Origin: a virus | Length of the DNA stretch: 35,481 bases | IMG/VR virus record: IMGVR_UViG_3300031565_000179 | Strand: one strand, 5' to 3' | Part shown: positions 8,128 to 17,388 of the stretch, one piece after another | Layout of the letters: each line of letters starts with the position of its first letter | How positions within the stretch are numbered: the stretch's first letter is position 1 | Made by a program: the position numbers and the translations under genes | The notes under the pieces: model-generated | What the model saw: only the letters and a program-made list of their open reading frames with translations | The model's database searches: none | Told to the model about the DNA's origin: nothing

Positions 8128-11100
8128 ATGGCTGAAACTAAATTCGAAAGCTACGACAACGACGGCGACTTGACCGCTTACGTTCACGGCTATTGGGCCC
8201 AAACGTTCACGGCTTCGCCAGGGCATAACACAACGAAGGTCAGGCTGAAGCTATATCGCGGGACGGGCCAAACTGGAACTTATACGGTCGAATTAAGAAC
8301 CACAACGTCGGGACACCCGACCAGCACAATCTTAGCTTCAGTCGGGCCTTATAATCTAGCCGACTTGTCAACAAGCCCGACCTGGTATGACTTCGCCGTT
8401 GCTTACGGTTCCCTGGTCGCTGGTTCACTATATGCAATCGTCATAGCCCCGACGGTCACGAATAATACTGGTCTTTACTGGCGACGCGGGGGCGGATATA
8501 GCGGCGGCCAAATGTGGATTTATTCGGGCGGGAACTGGCTTGGAATTTACCCGTATTCTGGTTATGACGGCGGCTTCGCTATTTATGGCGATTACTCTAT
8601 TGATACGAACGCCGTTTCCGACATTGAATACAACCAGGCCGACGGCAACGCGACAATAATCGAAGCGTCGGGGGTTGACGAATATGGCTTCGAATGGGGG
8701 ACCGTTTCGGGGACCTATACCGAAGAAGCGACCGTGGTCGGAACGCCAGGTCTTACGTTCACCGTTCCGATAACGGGGCTTGAAGCCGCGTATGTCTATT
8801 ATGTCCGCGCGAAGATACATCACCCGACACATGGTTGGATTTATGGCGACCAGGTATCCTTCAGAACAACCCATGACACAAGGCTTGTCGAGTATATCGA
8901 ACAAACGGTCGCGACTGGACTTTGGAATTTTTACGGCAACGGCTGGAATGGCCAAACATTCACGCCCGCGTCGTCGCATTGGCTGAAAGCCGTCAAGCTG
9001 AAGTTGTATGAACCAGGCGGCGGCGACGGCCTTGTGACCGTTGCTATTCGGAAGACCACGGCGGGCAAGCCGTCGGGGGCGGACCTGGTATTGGCGACCA
9101 TGCCAGGGTCATATCTTACGACGGGGGCGGCCTGGCATGAATTCGGCTTCGGCGACGGCGTCCTATTGCAAGCCGCGACCCTATACGCAATTGTCATTCG
9201 TAAGACTGGCGGGCTTGCCTACTGGACCAGAAGCGGGTCAAGCGTTTACGCCGTCGGCCAGGGGACAAGTTCTTCGAACGCGGGCGTATCCTGGACCTTG
9301 TGGTCCTGGGACTTTTCATTCTATGAATACGGTCTTCCGTCAATTCAAACGAACGAAGCGAACAATATCCGCGCCAGGCAAGCCACGGGGAACGGGTTCA
9401 TTCCCGACGGCGACAGTATTGACGAATATGGCTTCGAATGGGGAACGTCCCTGGGCGGACCATACGGGGACGACGTGACCGAAGTCCCCGTGGTTGACCC
9501 CGACGGCGATTACTCAATGGAATTGACAAGCCTGGACCCCGACACGACTTATTATTACCGCGCCAAAATGAACCATTCGGTTGACGGCTGGTATTACGGG
9601 AACGAACAATCGTTCAAGACGCCGCTGGCGACGCCGACCGTTGAAACCTTATCGCCGACCGCGAAGGCGGAAACGACGGCAACCCTGGCGGGGGAAGTCA
9701 CGGACCAGGGCGACAGCGACGTTACGAAGCGCGGGTTCGTTTATGGCTTGTCCAGTCATTCGAACCCTGGGAACGTCGCGCCAGGCGCGTCGGGATATGA
9801 CAGTTCGACGGAAGAAAGCGACGGGCCATACGTCAACGAAGTTTACACCCTGGCCGTCACGGGATTGACCGCGAACAAAGTCTATTATGTCCGCGCCTAT
9901 GCCTACAATACGGACGGCTATCGTTACGGCGGCGAACTTCCGTTCTTGACGAATTCGAAGGTTGATTATCTTTTCGCTTCAAGCGACTATTCGAAAGGAA
10001 TTCGCTTTGACAGTTCGCCAGGCGGCGGATACCCGCACGTCGCGGGCGGGACCATATCGCATTATATCTTATGCCGCGGGGCCGACACTGATTACACGGT
10101 CTTCGGTTGGTGGGGTTATCTAACGGGTAACTTCGTTTACGAAAAGAACTATTACAACGACAATTATTATACGGACCTTTTCACATTGACGAACCCGATA
10201 ATTCGCGACACGGCCATAATGAAGGTCAAGTATCGGGCGAACCTTTGGCGAAGCGGTTATCCCTTCGGCAAATACAAAAGGGAACTTCGGACCCACGGCG
10301 TCACATATACAGGGGCCGCGGGCGACATTTCCGCGCCTTCCCCTGGGAACCCTTGTCAAGTATGCGAAATCTTTTACACGAACCCGAACACGGGGAACGC
10401 CTGGACCCTGGCCGAACTGGACGCCCTTATCGCGGGAATTACCCTGGGGCATTCGGGCGGCTTCGGGCTTGCCGCTTGCGACATGGTCCGCGTCGTCGCG
10501 CTTTGGGCGAACGCTGAAGTATCGAACGACGGTTGGGTTGAAGTTGGCGACGACCTTCGCTTGAATGGAACGGTCGTTGAAGACGAAGCGGCCGACGTGA
10601 CTGTATATTTCGAATGGGGCGAAACGACCGCTTACGGAAACGTCACGGCCGACCAAACGGATAAAATCAAGGGCGACGCTTTCCTGGCCGACGTGACCAT
10701 TCCCGAAAGCGGGATTGTCCATTTCCGCCCCGTTATCGTGACCGCTTGCGGCGAAACGTTTTACGGTCCCGACGCTTCATACCCCGACCTTCCTGGAATA
10801 TGGTTGGGCGACGAAGACGACTGGTATCAATTAGAGATAACCGACTATATCCTGGCGGCCCGAAGCGAAATCGGTTGGGACGACGAACTGGCCCAGGCGA
10901 CGGCGGGCATTGGCGAATACACGGCCGACAATCACCTGGGTTACTTCAGCCCCGACAACGTCGCTTCCCCGCTTTACGGCTTCCTATTCCTGGGGGCCAG
11001 GATAACGCAACGGGAAATATACGGCGGCAAACTGTATCCGATATTCACGGGACGAATTGACCGTATCGTTCCCCACGCTGAAAAGGACAATCTTATTTGT

Positions 11101-12333
11101 TACATTCAAGCCCTGGACGGAATGGACGACCTGGCGAACGTCGAAATATCAACCGCGCTATTCACGCCGACCGACACGGGCGAACTTGCCGCGGCGGTCC
11201 TGGACGAAGCCGCCTGGTCCGCGGTCCGTCGGGAAATAGACACGGGGATTGATAGCTTGTCCCTGGGTTGGTTCCATAGGGTCAAGGGGCTTGAAGCATT
11301 TCGGACGCTGGAAAAGGTCGAAAACGGTCGCTTTTGGGTCAAGCCGAACGGGAACGCCCGTTGGGAAAACCGACACTTCCGCGTCACTGGCGACAGGCTT
11401 ATTTCCCAGGGGACCTTCGACGAAACAATGGTCGAACTGGCGTATGAATATTCGAAGCGGCTTCTGTATAACGAAGTCAATGTGACGGGCCGCCGATACT
11501 TCGCGGGCGGGGTTCAACTATTCATGGGTTACGACCTGGCGACGATTGACGACGACCTGGTATGGTCCGCCCATGCTGGCGATACCGCCGCCCCTTATAT
11601 CCCCCAGGCTTCGACCGTGGTCGTTTGGGCCGAATTCAACGCCCCGCTTTACGATTACACGACGCTGGTCAAGGGGACCCATTGGGACGCGAACACGGAA
11701 CCCGACGGAACGGGGACCGACGTCGGGGCGAATATAACCATTGTCGAAAGGCAATTCGGCCAGGCGGTCCGCTTGACGATTACGAACGCGGGTTCCCAGG
11801 GGGCATATTTAATCGAACCAGGAAGCCCGCCAGTGGGGGCCCCGACCGACCGAACGCTTCTGATATACGGGTCCTTATATGGTCAAGACAATATGACCAT
11901 TATCGAAGAAGACACGGCCAGTCAACAAACATACGGGAAGCGGACCTTGACACTTGATACGCCTTTCAAGTCGAACCCAAACGATATACTGGCATTCGCC
12001 CAATACCTGAAGGAACGACATTCGTCCCCGATACCCGTTCCCGTCCAGGCGAAGTTCGTTGCGCGGACTGGTTGGCCCGACGATACGATTTACATTGCGA
12101 CCCTGGCCCTTCATATCAGCGACCGCGTCACAATCGGTTCGGCATTGTTGGGAATAAGCGCGGACTTTTATATCAACAAGGTCGTCCAGGAATACGCCTT
12201 CAACGAAAGCGGCTTCGTTCGGGAAACGACCTGGTCCCTGGAAGCGGCGGAAGGGTCCGCAGAAGGGTTATACTGGTTGCTAGGCGAAGCGGGCTTCGGC
12301 GAACTAGGCTTGACGACAAGGCTTGGCTTCTAA
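8128..12333 (+). CDS. Large multidomain tail/baseplate protein (host-recognition candidate), 1401 aa
   Basis: A roughly 165-aa domain followed by an FN3-like domain is duplicated (nt 8128-8870 and 8881-9624). Two further FN3-like modules follow. The motifs DEYGFEWG and YYVRA/YYYRA recur. The C-terminal 500 aa or so looks like a tail hub or distal tail protein. Confidence 0.6.
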   Translation: MAETKFESYDNDGDLTAYVHGYWAQTFTASPGHNTTKVRLKLYRGTGQTGTYTVELRTTTSGHPTSTILASVGPYNLADLSTSPTWYDFAVAYGSLVAGSLYAIVIAPTVTNNTGLYWRRGGGYSGGQMWIYSGGNWLGIYPYSGYDGGFAIYGDYSIDTNAVSDIEYNQADGNATIIEASGVDEYGFEWGTVSGTYTEEATVVGTPGLTFTVPITGLEAAYVYYVRAKIHHPTHGWIYGDQVSFRTTHDTRLVEYIEQTVATGLWNFYGNGWNGQTFTPASSHWLKAVKLKLYEPGGGDGLVTVAIRKTTAGKPSGADLVLATMPGSYLTTGAAWHEFGFGDGVLLQAATLYAIVIRKTGGLAYWTRSGSSVYAVGQGTSSSNAGVSWTLWSWDFSFYEYGLPSIQTNEANNIRARQATGNGFIPDGDSIDEYGFEWGTSLGGPYGDDVTEVPVVDPDGDYSMELTSLDPDTTYYYRAKMNHSVDGWYYGNEQSFKTPLATPTVETLSPTAKAETTATLAGEVTDQGDSDVTKRGFVYGLSSHSNPGNVAPGASGYDSSTEESDGPYVNEVYTLAVTGLTANKVYYVRAYAYNTDGYRYGGELPFLTNSKVDYLFASSDYSKGIRFDSSPGGGYPHVAGGTISHYILCRGADTDYTVFGWWGYLTGNFVYEKNYYNDNYYTDLFTLTNPIIRDTAIMKVKYRANLWRSGYPFGKYKRELRTHGVTYTGAAGDISAPSPGNPCQVCEIFYTNPNTGNAWTLAELDALIAGITLGHSGGFGLAACDMVRVVALWANAEVSNDGWVEVGDDLRLNGTVVEDEAADVTVYFEWGETTAYGNVTADQTDKIKGDAFLADVTIPESGIVHFRPVIVTACGETFYGPDASYPDLPGIWLGDEDDWYQLEITDYILAARSEIGWDDELAQATAGIGEYTADNHLGYFSPDNVASPLYGFLFLGARITQREIYGGKLYPIFTGRIDRIVPHAEKDNLICYIQALDGMDDLANVEISTALFTPTDTGELAAAVLDEAAWSAVRREIDTGIDSLSLGWFHRVKGLEAFRTLEKVENGRFWVKPNGNARWENRHFRVTGDRLISQGTFDETMVELAYEYSKRLLYNEVNVTGRRYFAGGVQLFMGYDLATIDDDLVWSAHAGDTAAPYIPQASTVVVWAEFNAPLYDYTTLVKGTHWDANTEPDGTGTDVGANITIVERQFGQAVRLTITNAGSQGAYLIEPGSPPVGAPTDRTLLIYGSLYGQDNMTIIEEDTASQQTYGKRTLTLDTPFKSNPNDILAFAQYLKERHSSPIPVPVQAKFVARTGWPDDTIYIATLALHISDRVTIGSALLGISADFYINKVVQEYAFNESGFVRETTWSLEAAEGSAEGLYWLLGEAGFGELGLTTRLGF

Positions 12334-12350
12334 TTCGAAAGGGGGAAATT

Positions 12351-12773
12351 ATGGACAATGGACTGATAACCGCGAACACCTGGTTCGAAACGAACTTCGG
12401 GACCTTCAACCGCGTTCAATTGGGGAAGCTTCGACGCCGCTTCAGGATACCGAACAAGCCCGTTGACGAACTATCCTTCCCCGTGAAGGCGTTCGTCAAC
12501 AAGGGAAACTGGTTGGTCCTTTGCCCGAAATGCGGCGGGGCCGAATACGCCTGGGAAGAAGGCGTCTTCTTTTGTTGTTCGTGTAAGAATTCTTACATGG
12601 GACACGCCCTTCGCCGCCTGGTCTTCCCGCCCGACCGCGCCAGGATTGAAGAACTTCTGGTCGTCCGACCGCTGGACAATCGGAACTGGACCCCGAAGGA
12701 AACGGTCGCCGACCTGGAACGCGAAAACGAAGAACACGCCGCCGAACTATTGACCGCGGCGAAGGGGGCTTAA
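12351..12773 (+). CDS. Zinc-ribbon protein of unknown function
   Basis: 140 aa from ATG 12351, preceded by GAAAGGGGGAAATT. Contains CPKCGG...CCSCKN. The track ORF begins at 12072, but that part overlaps the 1401-aa gene and has no RBS. Confidence 0.6.
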   Translation: MDNGLITANTWFETNFGTFNRVQLGKLRRRFRIPNKPVDELSFPVKAFVNKGNWLVLCPKCGGAEYAWEEGVFFCCSCKNSYMGHALRRLVFPPDRARIEELLVVRPLDNRNWTPKETVADLERENEEHAAELLTAAKGA

Positions 12774-12774
12774 T

Positions 12775-13629
12775 ATGTCATGGACAACGCCAACAATAAG
12801 GGCGACGGGATACCTGGTCACGGCGTCCGACTGGAACACTGATATTGTCAACAACCTGGCATATCTGAAGGGGGAAGCTGGCCTGGACATTGAATTCGAA
12901 GACGACATTGTCCCCGCCGCTTCGGAACGTTGCGGGCTTTCGACCGCGCCCTGGTCGGAAGGTCACTTCGACAAGCTATACGCGGGGCCCCGATACGCGC
13001 TTCATAGGTTCGTTCGGGAACTGATAATCAATTGGGAAAGCGACGCGTTCGGGACTTACAACTTGAACCCTGGAACCCCTGGCGCGGGCGGAAGCGTGGA
13101 CATGGGCGGCCTGGGTCAATGCGTCCTGGGGATAACCGACAACGCTTCGGGGTCGGCATACTTCGAACCGATACCCGAACAAAATTCCGCCCTGGACGTT
13201 TCCTTCAACGCTTCCAGGTCCCCGTATTATCGCCAGGAATTCGCCGTTGACGCCAACCGTTCGAACGCGTCGGCCTTCATAGGTCTTCGACAAACGCCAG
13301 GGTCACAACCGCCCGTTTCCGCGTCCGAACACGCCTTCGGTCTGGTATGGACGGGGGCAATATGGCAATTCCAAAGCATGAACGCTTCGACCGTGGACGC
13401 TTCGGGAACTCAATCAATCAGCGTCAACACGCGATACGTCGTCGAAATGCTTCTGATTGCGGGGACGTCGGTCGAATGTTACTTGAACGGCGTCCTGGTT
13501 GATACCTTGACCGTGGTCCCGACGGGCGACCTGGAATGGTCATGCCTATTCGAAAGCGACGGGGGCGGCGGGGCGACAACGGCCCATTTGACACTAGGGA
13601 AAGCAATACTTCAAGAAGACCTGGCATAA
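12775..13629 (+). CDS. Tail fibre-like / receptor-binding protein candidate
   Basis: 284 aa. The N-terminus MSWTTPTIRATGYLVTASDWNTDIVNNLAYLKGEAG matches the conserved N-terminal motif of many phage fibre proteins. The C-terminus is beta-rich. Confidence 0.5.
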   Translation: MSWTTPTIRATGYLVTASDWNTDIVNNLAYLKGEAGLDIEFEDDIVPAASERCGLSTAPWSEGHFDKLYAGPRYALHRFVRELIINWESDAFGTYNLNPGTPGAGGSVDMGGLGQCVLGITDNASGSAYFEPIPEQNSALDVSFNASRSPYYRQEFAVDANRSNASAFIGLRQTPGSQPPVSASEHAFGLVWTGAIWQFQSMNASTVDASGTQSISVNTRYVVEMLLIAGTSVECYLNGVLVDTLTVVPTGDLEWSCLFESDGGGGATTAHLTLGKAILQEDLA

Positions 13630-13639
13630 GGGGGAAATC

Positions 13640-13945
13640 ATGGCACTTGAAATTATTATCGCGGGGTCTTCGCTGGTCGTCGCGGTCGTTGCCGCTGGCG
13701 GCGTCGTTGTGACCTGGCGGAAGAACGGGAAGTCCGCGGCCGCCAGGGACGAACGCCTGGCATTGAACCAGGAAAACATAATCAAGAAACTGGACGACCC
13801 GAAGCATGGGTTGACGGCAATCAACGACAAGGTCAACGATATGGTCAACCATTGCGGCGTCACTTCGACGGGCCTTGACGGTCGCCTGGTCGCCGCGGAA
13901 CGCGACGTCAAGGAACTGAAAGCGCGGCGGAATACCGCCCCTTAA
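13640..13945 (+). CDS. Small type-II membrane protein (holin or i-spanin-like candidate)
   Basis: 101 aa. One N-terminal transmembrane segment (LEIIIAGSSLVVAVVAAGGVVVTW) is followed by a charged helical tail. It is the last gene of the late operon. Confidence 0.4.
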   Translation: MALEIIIAGSSLVVAVVAAGGVVVTWRKNGKSAAARDERLALNQENIIKKLDDPKHGLTAINDKVNDMVNHCGVTSTGLDGRLVAAERDVKELKARRNTAP

Positions 13946-13952
13946 CAGGGGT

Positions 13953-13968
13953 CCCGCCTTCGGGCGGG
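13953..13968 (+). terminator. Stem-loop CCCGCC-UUCG-GGCGGG after the last late gene
   Basis: A 6-bp GC stem with a UUCG tetraloop, followed by gtcttcctttcgg (pyrimidine-rich, not a clean U-tract). Confidence 0.4.
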
Positions 13969-13983
13969 GTCTTCCTTTCGGAC

Positions 13984-14019
13984 GGGGCCCTGGGGATTAC
14001 GGGCAATCCCTGGGGCCCC
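13984..14019 (+). other. 15-bp stem-loop with the same GGGGCCCUGGGG core as 2741-2770
   Basis: Bases 13984-13998 pair with 14005-14019 (two G.U pairs), with a 6-nt loop. It lies in the 370-bp non-coding region. Confidence 0.6.
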
Positions 14020-14246
14020 AACTTTTGTCCAGAAGGCCCTTCAGCGGCCCCCAGGTCGCAAATGCGGGGCCTTCCCTGGTCCGCGGGCATATCGGGACCC
14101 AGGTCGGCCACCAACCCACGAATTACCGTTGGAATTCAACGGGAAAACCATTGGAAAACAACGGCCTTCTTCATATAGGACTTTAGTCCCAGGACGAAAT
14201 ACTTCATTCCTGAAGCTGATATTTACGCCATATTTACGGTCGGGGC

Positions 14247-14275
14247 TTGACACGGGCATTACATAGTTATAGACT
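14247..14275 (+). promoter_or_regulatory. Early promoter: TTGACA-N17-TAGACT
   Basis: -35 TTGACA at 14247-14252 and -10 TAGACT at 14270-14275. It shares the core TTGACA(A/C)GGGCATTACA with the promoters at 17966 and 18447. Confidence 0.55.
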
Positions 14276-14314
14276 GAATATGGTCGGTTGTAGCCCGACC
14301 GAAGGGGGATTGAA

Positions 14315-14611
14315 TTGAAGAAGCTTATCGCAACCCTGGGAATTGCCTTCGTCGCCGCTGAAGCGGCCGACGCCTTCTTGACGCTTTGGGCCGTGAACCA
14401 CGGCTTCCAGGAAGTCAACCCGATATTGGCCCCGATTGCTGGAACCTGGGCGTCGCCCCTGGTCAAGATACTTCCCGCCGCCCTGGTCGTTTGGGCCCTG
14501 GCCCGCCTGGGCCGCCGATACCCGAAGACCCAACCCGTGACCGCCGTCGGCCTGGTAAGCGCGGTCGCCTTCCTGGGCGTCGTCCTGGTATCGAACGTCG
14601 CCGAACTGTAA
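14315..14611 (+). CDS. Small polytopic membrane protein (DUF5658-like)
   Basis: 98 aa with a TTG start after GAAGGGGGA. It has three to four hydrophobic segments and a ...NHGFQEVNPILAP... motif. Confidence 0.5.
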   Translation: MKKLIATLGIAFVAAEAADAFLTLWAVNHGFQEVNPILAPIAGTWASPLVKILPAALVVWALARLGRRYPKTQPVTAVGLVSAVAFLGVVLVSNVAEL

Positions 14612-14709
14612 TCGCCGCGGGGTTCCTTCCCCGCCTTCGCGTTCCGACCAGGTCGGGGCCCGAAGGGGGCGAAGAAGTCCCAAATTAAAACCGAAGGAGT
14701 ATTGAAACC

Positions 14710-15732
14710 ATGACAACCGAAAGGAACCAGACACAGACCCAGGTCACATTCCAGGAAATCGTTGACAACGCCCGTCAATGGGAAACGGACCACGAACCCT
14801 TCGACCGAACTTCCCGCCTTCCCCTTTTCCAGTATATTATCGAAGAAGGAACTGGCGGGGCCCTGGTCCCGTTCCAGGACCCGAACCAGGTCGTCCGCCG
14901 CGACATTCCGACAATCTATCTTCAGGACCAGGCCCACGGTCAACTATTGGCCCGCCTTGACTACACGAAGAAGCTATTCGAACGCCTTCCCGATAAAATG
15001 AATATCCTGGCGTTGAATTGGCTTATTCAAAACCACTACGAAAGGGATATTCTTCTTCGTTGCCAGGACGACAACCAGGTCCGCGCGCTTTTGTCCGCGC
15101 AATTCGAACCCTTCGACAACCTGGAACTTCTGAATATCCTGGAACCGTTTTGCCAGGACGCGACCGTCCGCTGGTATCACAACGACGACATGACCCTTCA
15201 CGTTTCCGTCACCTGGCCGAATACCGAAGAAGAAATCAAGGTCGGCGACGTGGTCCAGCGCGGCATTCACATTTCGAATTCCGAAGTCGGCGTCCGAAGC
15301 GTCACGATTGCCGGTTACGTTTGGCGCGTGATATGTTCGAACGCCGCAATCGGCGGCGGCGAAGGCGGCGGGATACGTCGCTTCCGTCACGTCGGCGACA
15401 CGGACAAGCTTCGGGACCAGGTAAGCGCGGCCATTGACGAAACATACCTGGAAGGAACGAAGATGATTGCACAGTTCAAGGCGTCGCTGGAAAAGGCCGT
15501 TGACGACCCGTACAATTACCTGGAACGTATCGCGAAGGACAAGACCAACGAAATGACCCAGGACCAGTTCAAGGCCGCAATGGACGCCTTCATGCTGGAA
15601 CCGGACAACAACCTATACGCCGTCACGAACTCCATTACCAGGGCGGCCCATGCCTTCGAAGGCGAAGCGAAGTATGATATGGAACGCCTGGGGGCGAAGG
15701 TCTTGACCGAAGGCTTACGGTCCAGGAACTAA
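14710..15732 (+). CDS. DUF932-family protein
   Basis: 340 aa. ...RALLSAQFEPFDNLELLNIL..., ...GIHISNSEVGVRSVTIAGYVWRVICSNAA... and the C-terminal helices match the DUF932 pattern. It is one of the few genes with an AAGGAG RBS. Confidence 0.65.
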   Translation: MTTERNQTQTQVTFQEIVDNARQWETDHEPFDRTSRLPLFQYIIEEGTGGALVPFQDPNQVVRRDIPTIYLQDQAHGQLLARLDYTKKLFERLPDKMNILALNWLIQNHYERDILLRCQDDNQVRALLSAQFEPFDNLELLNILEPFCQDATVRWYHNDDMTLHVSVTWPNTEEEIKVGDVVQRGIHISNSEVGVRSVTIAGYVWRVICSNAAIGGGEGGGIRRFRHVGDTDKLRDQVSAAIDETYLEGTKMIAQFKASLEKAVDDPYNYLERIAKDKTNEMTQDQFKAAMDAFMLEPDNNLYAVTNSITRAAHAFEGEAKYDMERLGAKVLTEGLRSRN

Positions 15733-15744
15733 CACGGACCACGA

Positions 15745-15770
15745 CGGGCGGCGGGCAACCCCGCCGTCCG
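15745..15770 (+). other. 11-bp GC-rich stem-loop after the DUF932 gene
   Basis: Bases 15745-15755 pair with 15760-15770, with loop CAAC. No U-tract follows. Confidence 0.5.
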
Positions 15771-15794
15771 ATTACGTTCGAAAGGAAGGAAACA

Positions 15795-16532
15795 ATGAAA
15801 CGAAGAACCATAATCGGAAACCTGAAGGGCCTGGTTGATAATTACGACCACGTCCGAACCTATATGACGGGGAATACGGGGGAATGGGTCGGCCTGGGTC
15901 TTTTGACCGAAGCCGAATACAACGCTTACCTGGCGGGGAACGCGGCCGAAGCCGACGTTTCGAAGAAGGCCCGCGACGCTGAAGACGCGGTCCCCAGGCC
16001 GAACTTGCTGGACGACCCGCGGGTCCCGAAGGAATATCGGGCAATCGTCGAACGTATGGCCGAACTGAAGCCCCTGGTTGACGCCGACAAGCGGACCCTG
16101 GACGTTCTTCAGGGCTTGCGGGAACGCGGGTCCTTCGGTCGGACTTCTTACTGGTCCGCCTTTGGCCTTTCCGACCTGGCCGACCGCGCAATCAGGGCCA
16201 TTCGCGGGGCCGACGACAATTACGGCGAAGAATACCGCGAACTGGACGCGGCGAAGGACCCGAAGGAACGGACGGGAACCATTGTCCGCCGCGTTCGTCA
16301 CGAAATCTTCGACGCTTACGAAACCGCCAGGAAGAAGGCCAGGGCCGACGCGACCGAAGTCGCCCTGAAGGAAAGCCCCTTCGCGGGCGGGACCAACGCC
16401 GAATTGATAGAACGCGGGAACAAAGTCCGCCGCCTGGTTGACCAACGCCAGGACGAAAAGCGGGCGGTCCAGGCCGAAGCAATGAAGAAGGTCCTGGAAG
16501 ACGCGCTGAAGGGGGTTCCGCATGAACTATAA
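15795..16532 (+). CDS. Hypothetical helical protein
   Basis: 245 aa with RBS GAAAGGAAGGAAA. Charged and helical. No motif recognised. Confidence 0.6.
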   Translation: MKRRTIIGNLKGLVDNYDHVRTYMTGNTGEWVGLGLLTEAEYNAYLAGNAAEADVSKKARDAEDAVPRPNLLDDPRVPKEYRAIVERMAELKPLVDADKRTLDVLQGLRERGSFGRTSYWSAFGLSDLADRAIRAIRGADDNYGEEYRELDAAKDPKERTGTIVRRVRHEIFDAYETARKKARADATEVALKESPFAGGTNAELIERGNKVRRLVDQRQDEKRAVQAEAMKKVLEDALKGVPHEL

Positions 16533-17388
16533 TGAAACAGTCAACGCCGTGAACGCCGTCATTCGACAATACAATATGCCCTTGACCCTTCGACAAATCT
16601 ATTACCGGCTTGTCGCCGGCGGGCTTATCCCGAACCGCCGAAGCGCGTACAACGGCCTTTCCGCCCAACTGGTCAAGGCCAGGGAAGCGGGGGAAGTCAA
16701 CGAACGCCGTATCGTGGACCGTTCCAGGTCCATTGACGACCGCGCTTACGATAGCCCGAAGGACTTCCTGGAAGCTTGTGTCTGGACCGCCGAAAACCGC
16801 TTCTTCCGCCGGTACTGGTCAACCCAGGGAACCTATGTCGAAGCCTGGGTCGAAAAGGACGCGCTTTCCCAGGTCCTAGCGGGGGCCGTCGAAGAACTGA
16901 ATACAATCGTCGCCCCGTCCAGGGGATATTCTTCTTATTCATACGTCCGCGACGCCGTCCGCCGGTTCCAGAAGAACCGCGGGGAAGCCGAACGGGTCGT
17001 CATTCTTCACATGACGGACCATGACCCGTCGGGCCTGGACATGACGCGGGACCTTCGGGACCGCTTCAACGCTTACGCCGCCGGCTTCCTTTTCAGCGTC
17101 GAAGTCCGCCGCGTCGCCTTGACCTTCGACCAGGTCCAGCAATACGACCTTATACCGAACCCGACGAAGATTACGGACCCGCGGGCCGCGGGATACATGG
17201 CCCAGTACGGGGACGAATGTTGGGAACTGGACGCAATCGAACCGCCCGAACTGGTTCGGCTAATCCACGAAGCGACCGAAGGCGAAGTCACGGACTGGGA
17301 CGCCTGGAACGAAAGGAAGGCCCAGGACGAAGACGAACGCGAAGACCTTCGGGTCCTATTCGAAGAATGGAAGGACAAGTATCAATGA
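16522..17388 (+). CDS. Stand-alone Spo11/Topoisomerase VI-A-like protein (5Y-CAP + Toprim; 'Mini-A'-type)
   Basis: 288 aa. LTLRQIYYRLV matches the T-x-R-x-I-Y-Y catalytic-tyrosine motif. AWVEKDAL carries the Toprim glutamate and HMTDHDPSGLDM the Toprim DxD. No GHKL B-subunit gene is present in the genome. Confidence 0.6.
   Translation: MNYNETVNAVNAVIRQYNMPLTLRQIYYRLVAGGLIPNRRSAYNGLSAQLVKAREAGEVNERRIVDRSRSIDDRAYDSPKDFLEACVWTAENRFFRRYWSTQGTYVEAWVEKDALSQVLAGAVEELNTIVAPSRGYSSYSYVRDAVRRFQKNRGEAERVVILHMTDHDPSGLDMTRDLRDRFNAYAAGFLFSVEVRRVALTFDQVQQYDLIPNPTKITDPRAAGYMAQYGDECWELDAIEPPELVRLIHEATEGEVTDWDAWNERKAQDEDEREDLRVLFEEWKDKYQ

Noticed and set aside
8675-9443. The 25-nt identical repeat in the large tail gene as a diversity-generating retroelement TR/VR pair
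   Set aside because: The genome has no reverse transcriptase gene. The repeat is part of an in-frame domain duplication and is identical, rather than differing at adenines.
12072-12350. Upstream extension of the zinc-ribbon ORF (track start 12072)
   Set aside because: It overlaps the 3' end of the 1401-aa gene in another frame. The consensus GAAAGGGGGA RBS sits right before ATG 12351.
14041-14943. 300-aa minus-strand ORF spanning the non-coding region and two early genes
   Set aside because: It is antisense to the DUF5658-like and DUF932 genes and runs through the early promoter. It has low-complexity Arg/Pro/Gly composition and no RBS.
15729-16523. 264-aa minus-strand ORF; similarly 28671..29507 (278 aa), 33285..33926 (213 aa), 619..1326 (235 aa) and 25610..26275 (221 aa)
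   Set aside because: All are antisense shadows of plus-strand genes that have consensus RBSs and recognisable motifs. Every supported gene in this genome is on the + strand.
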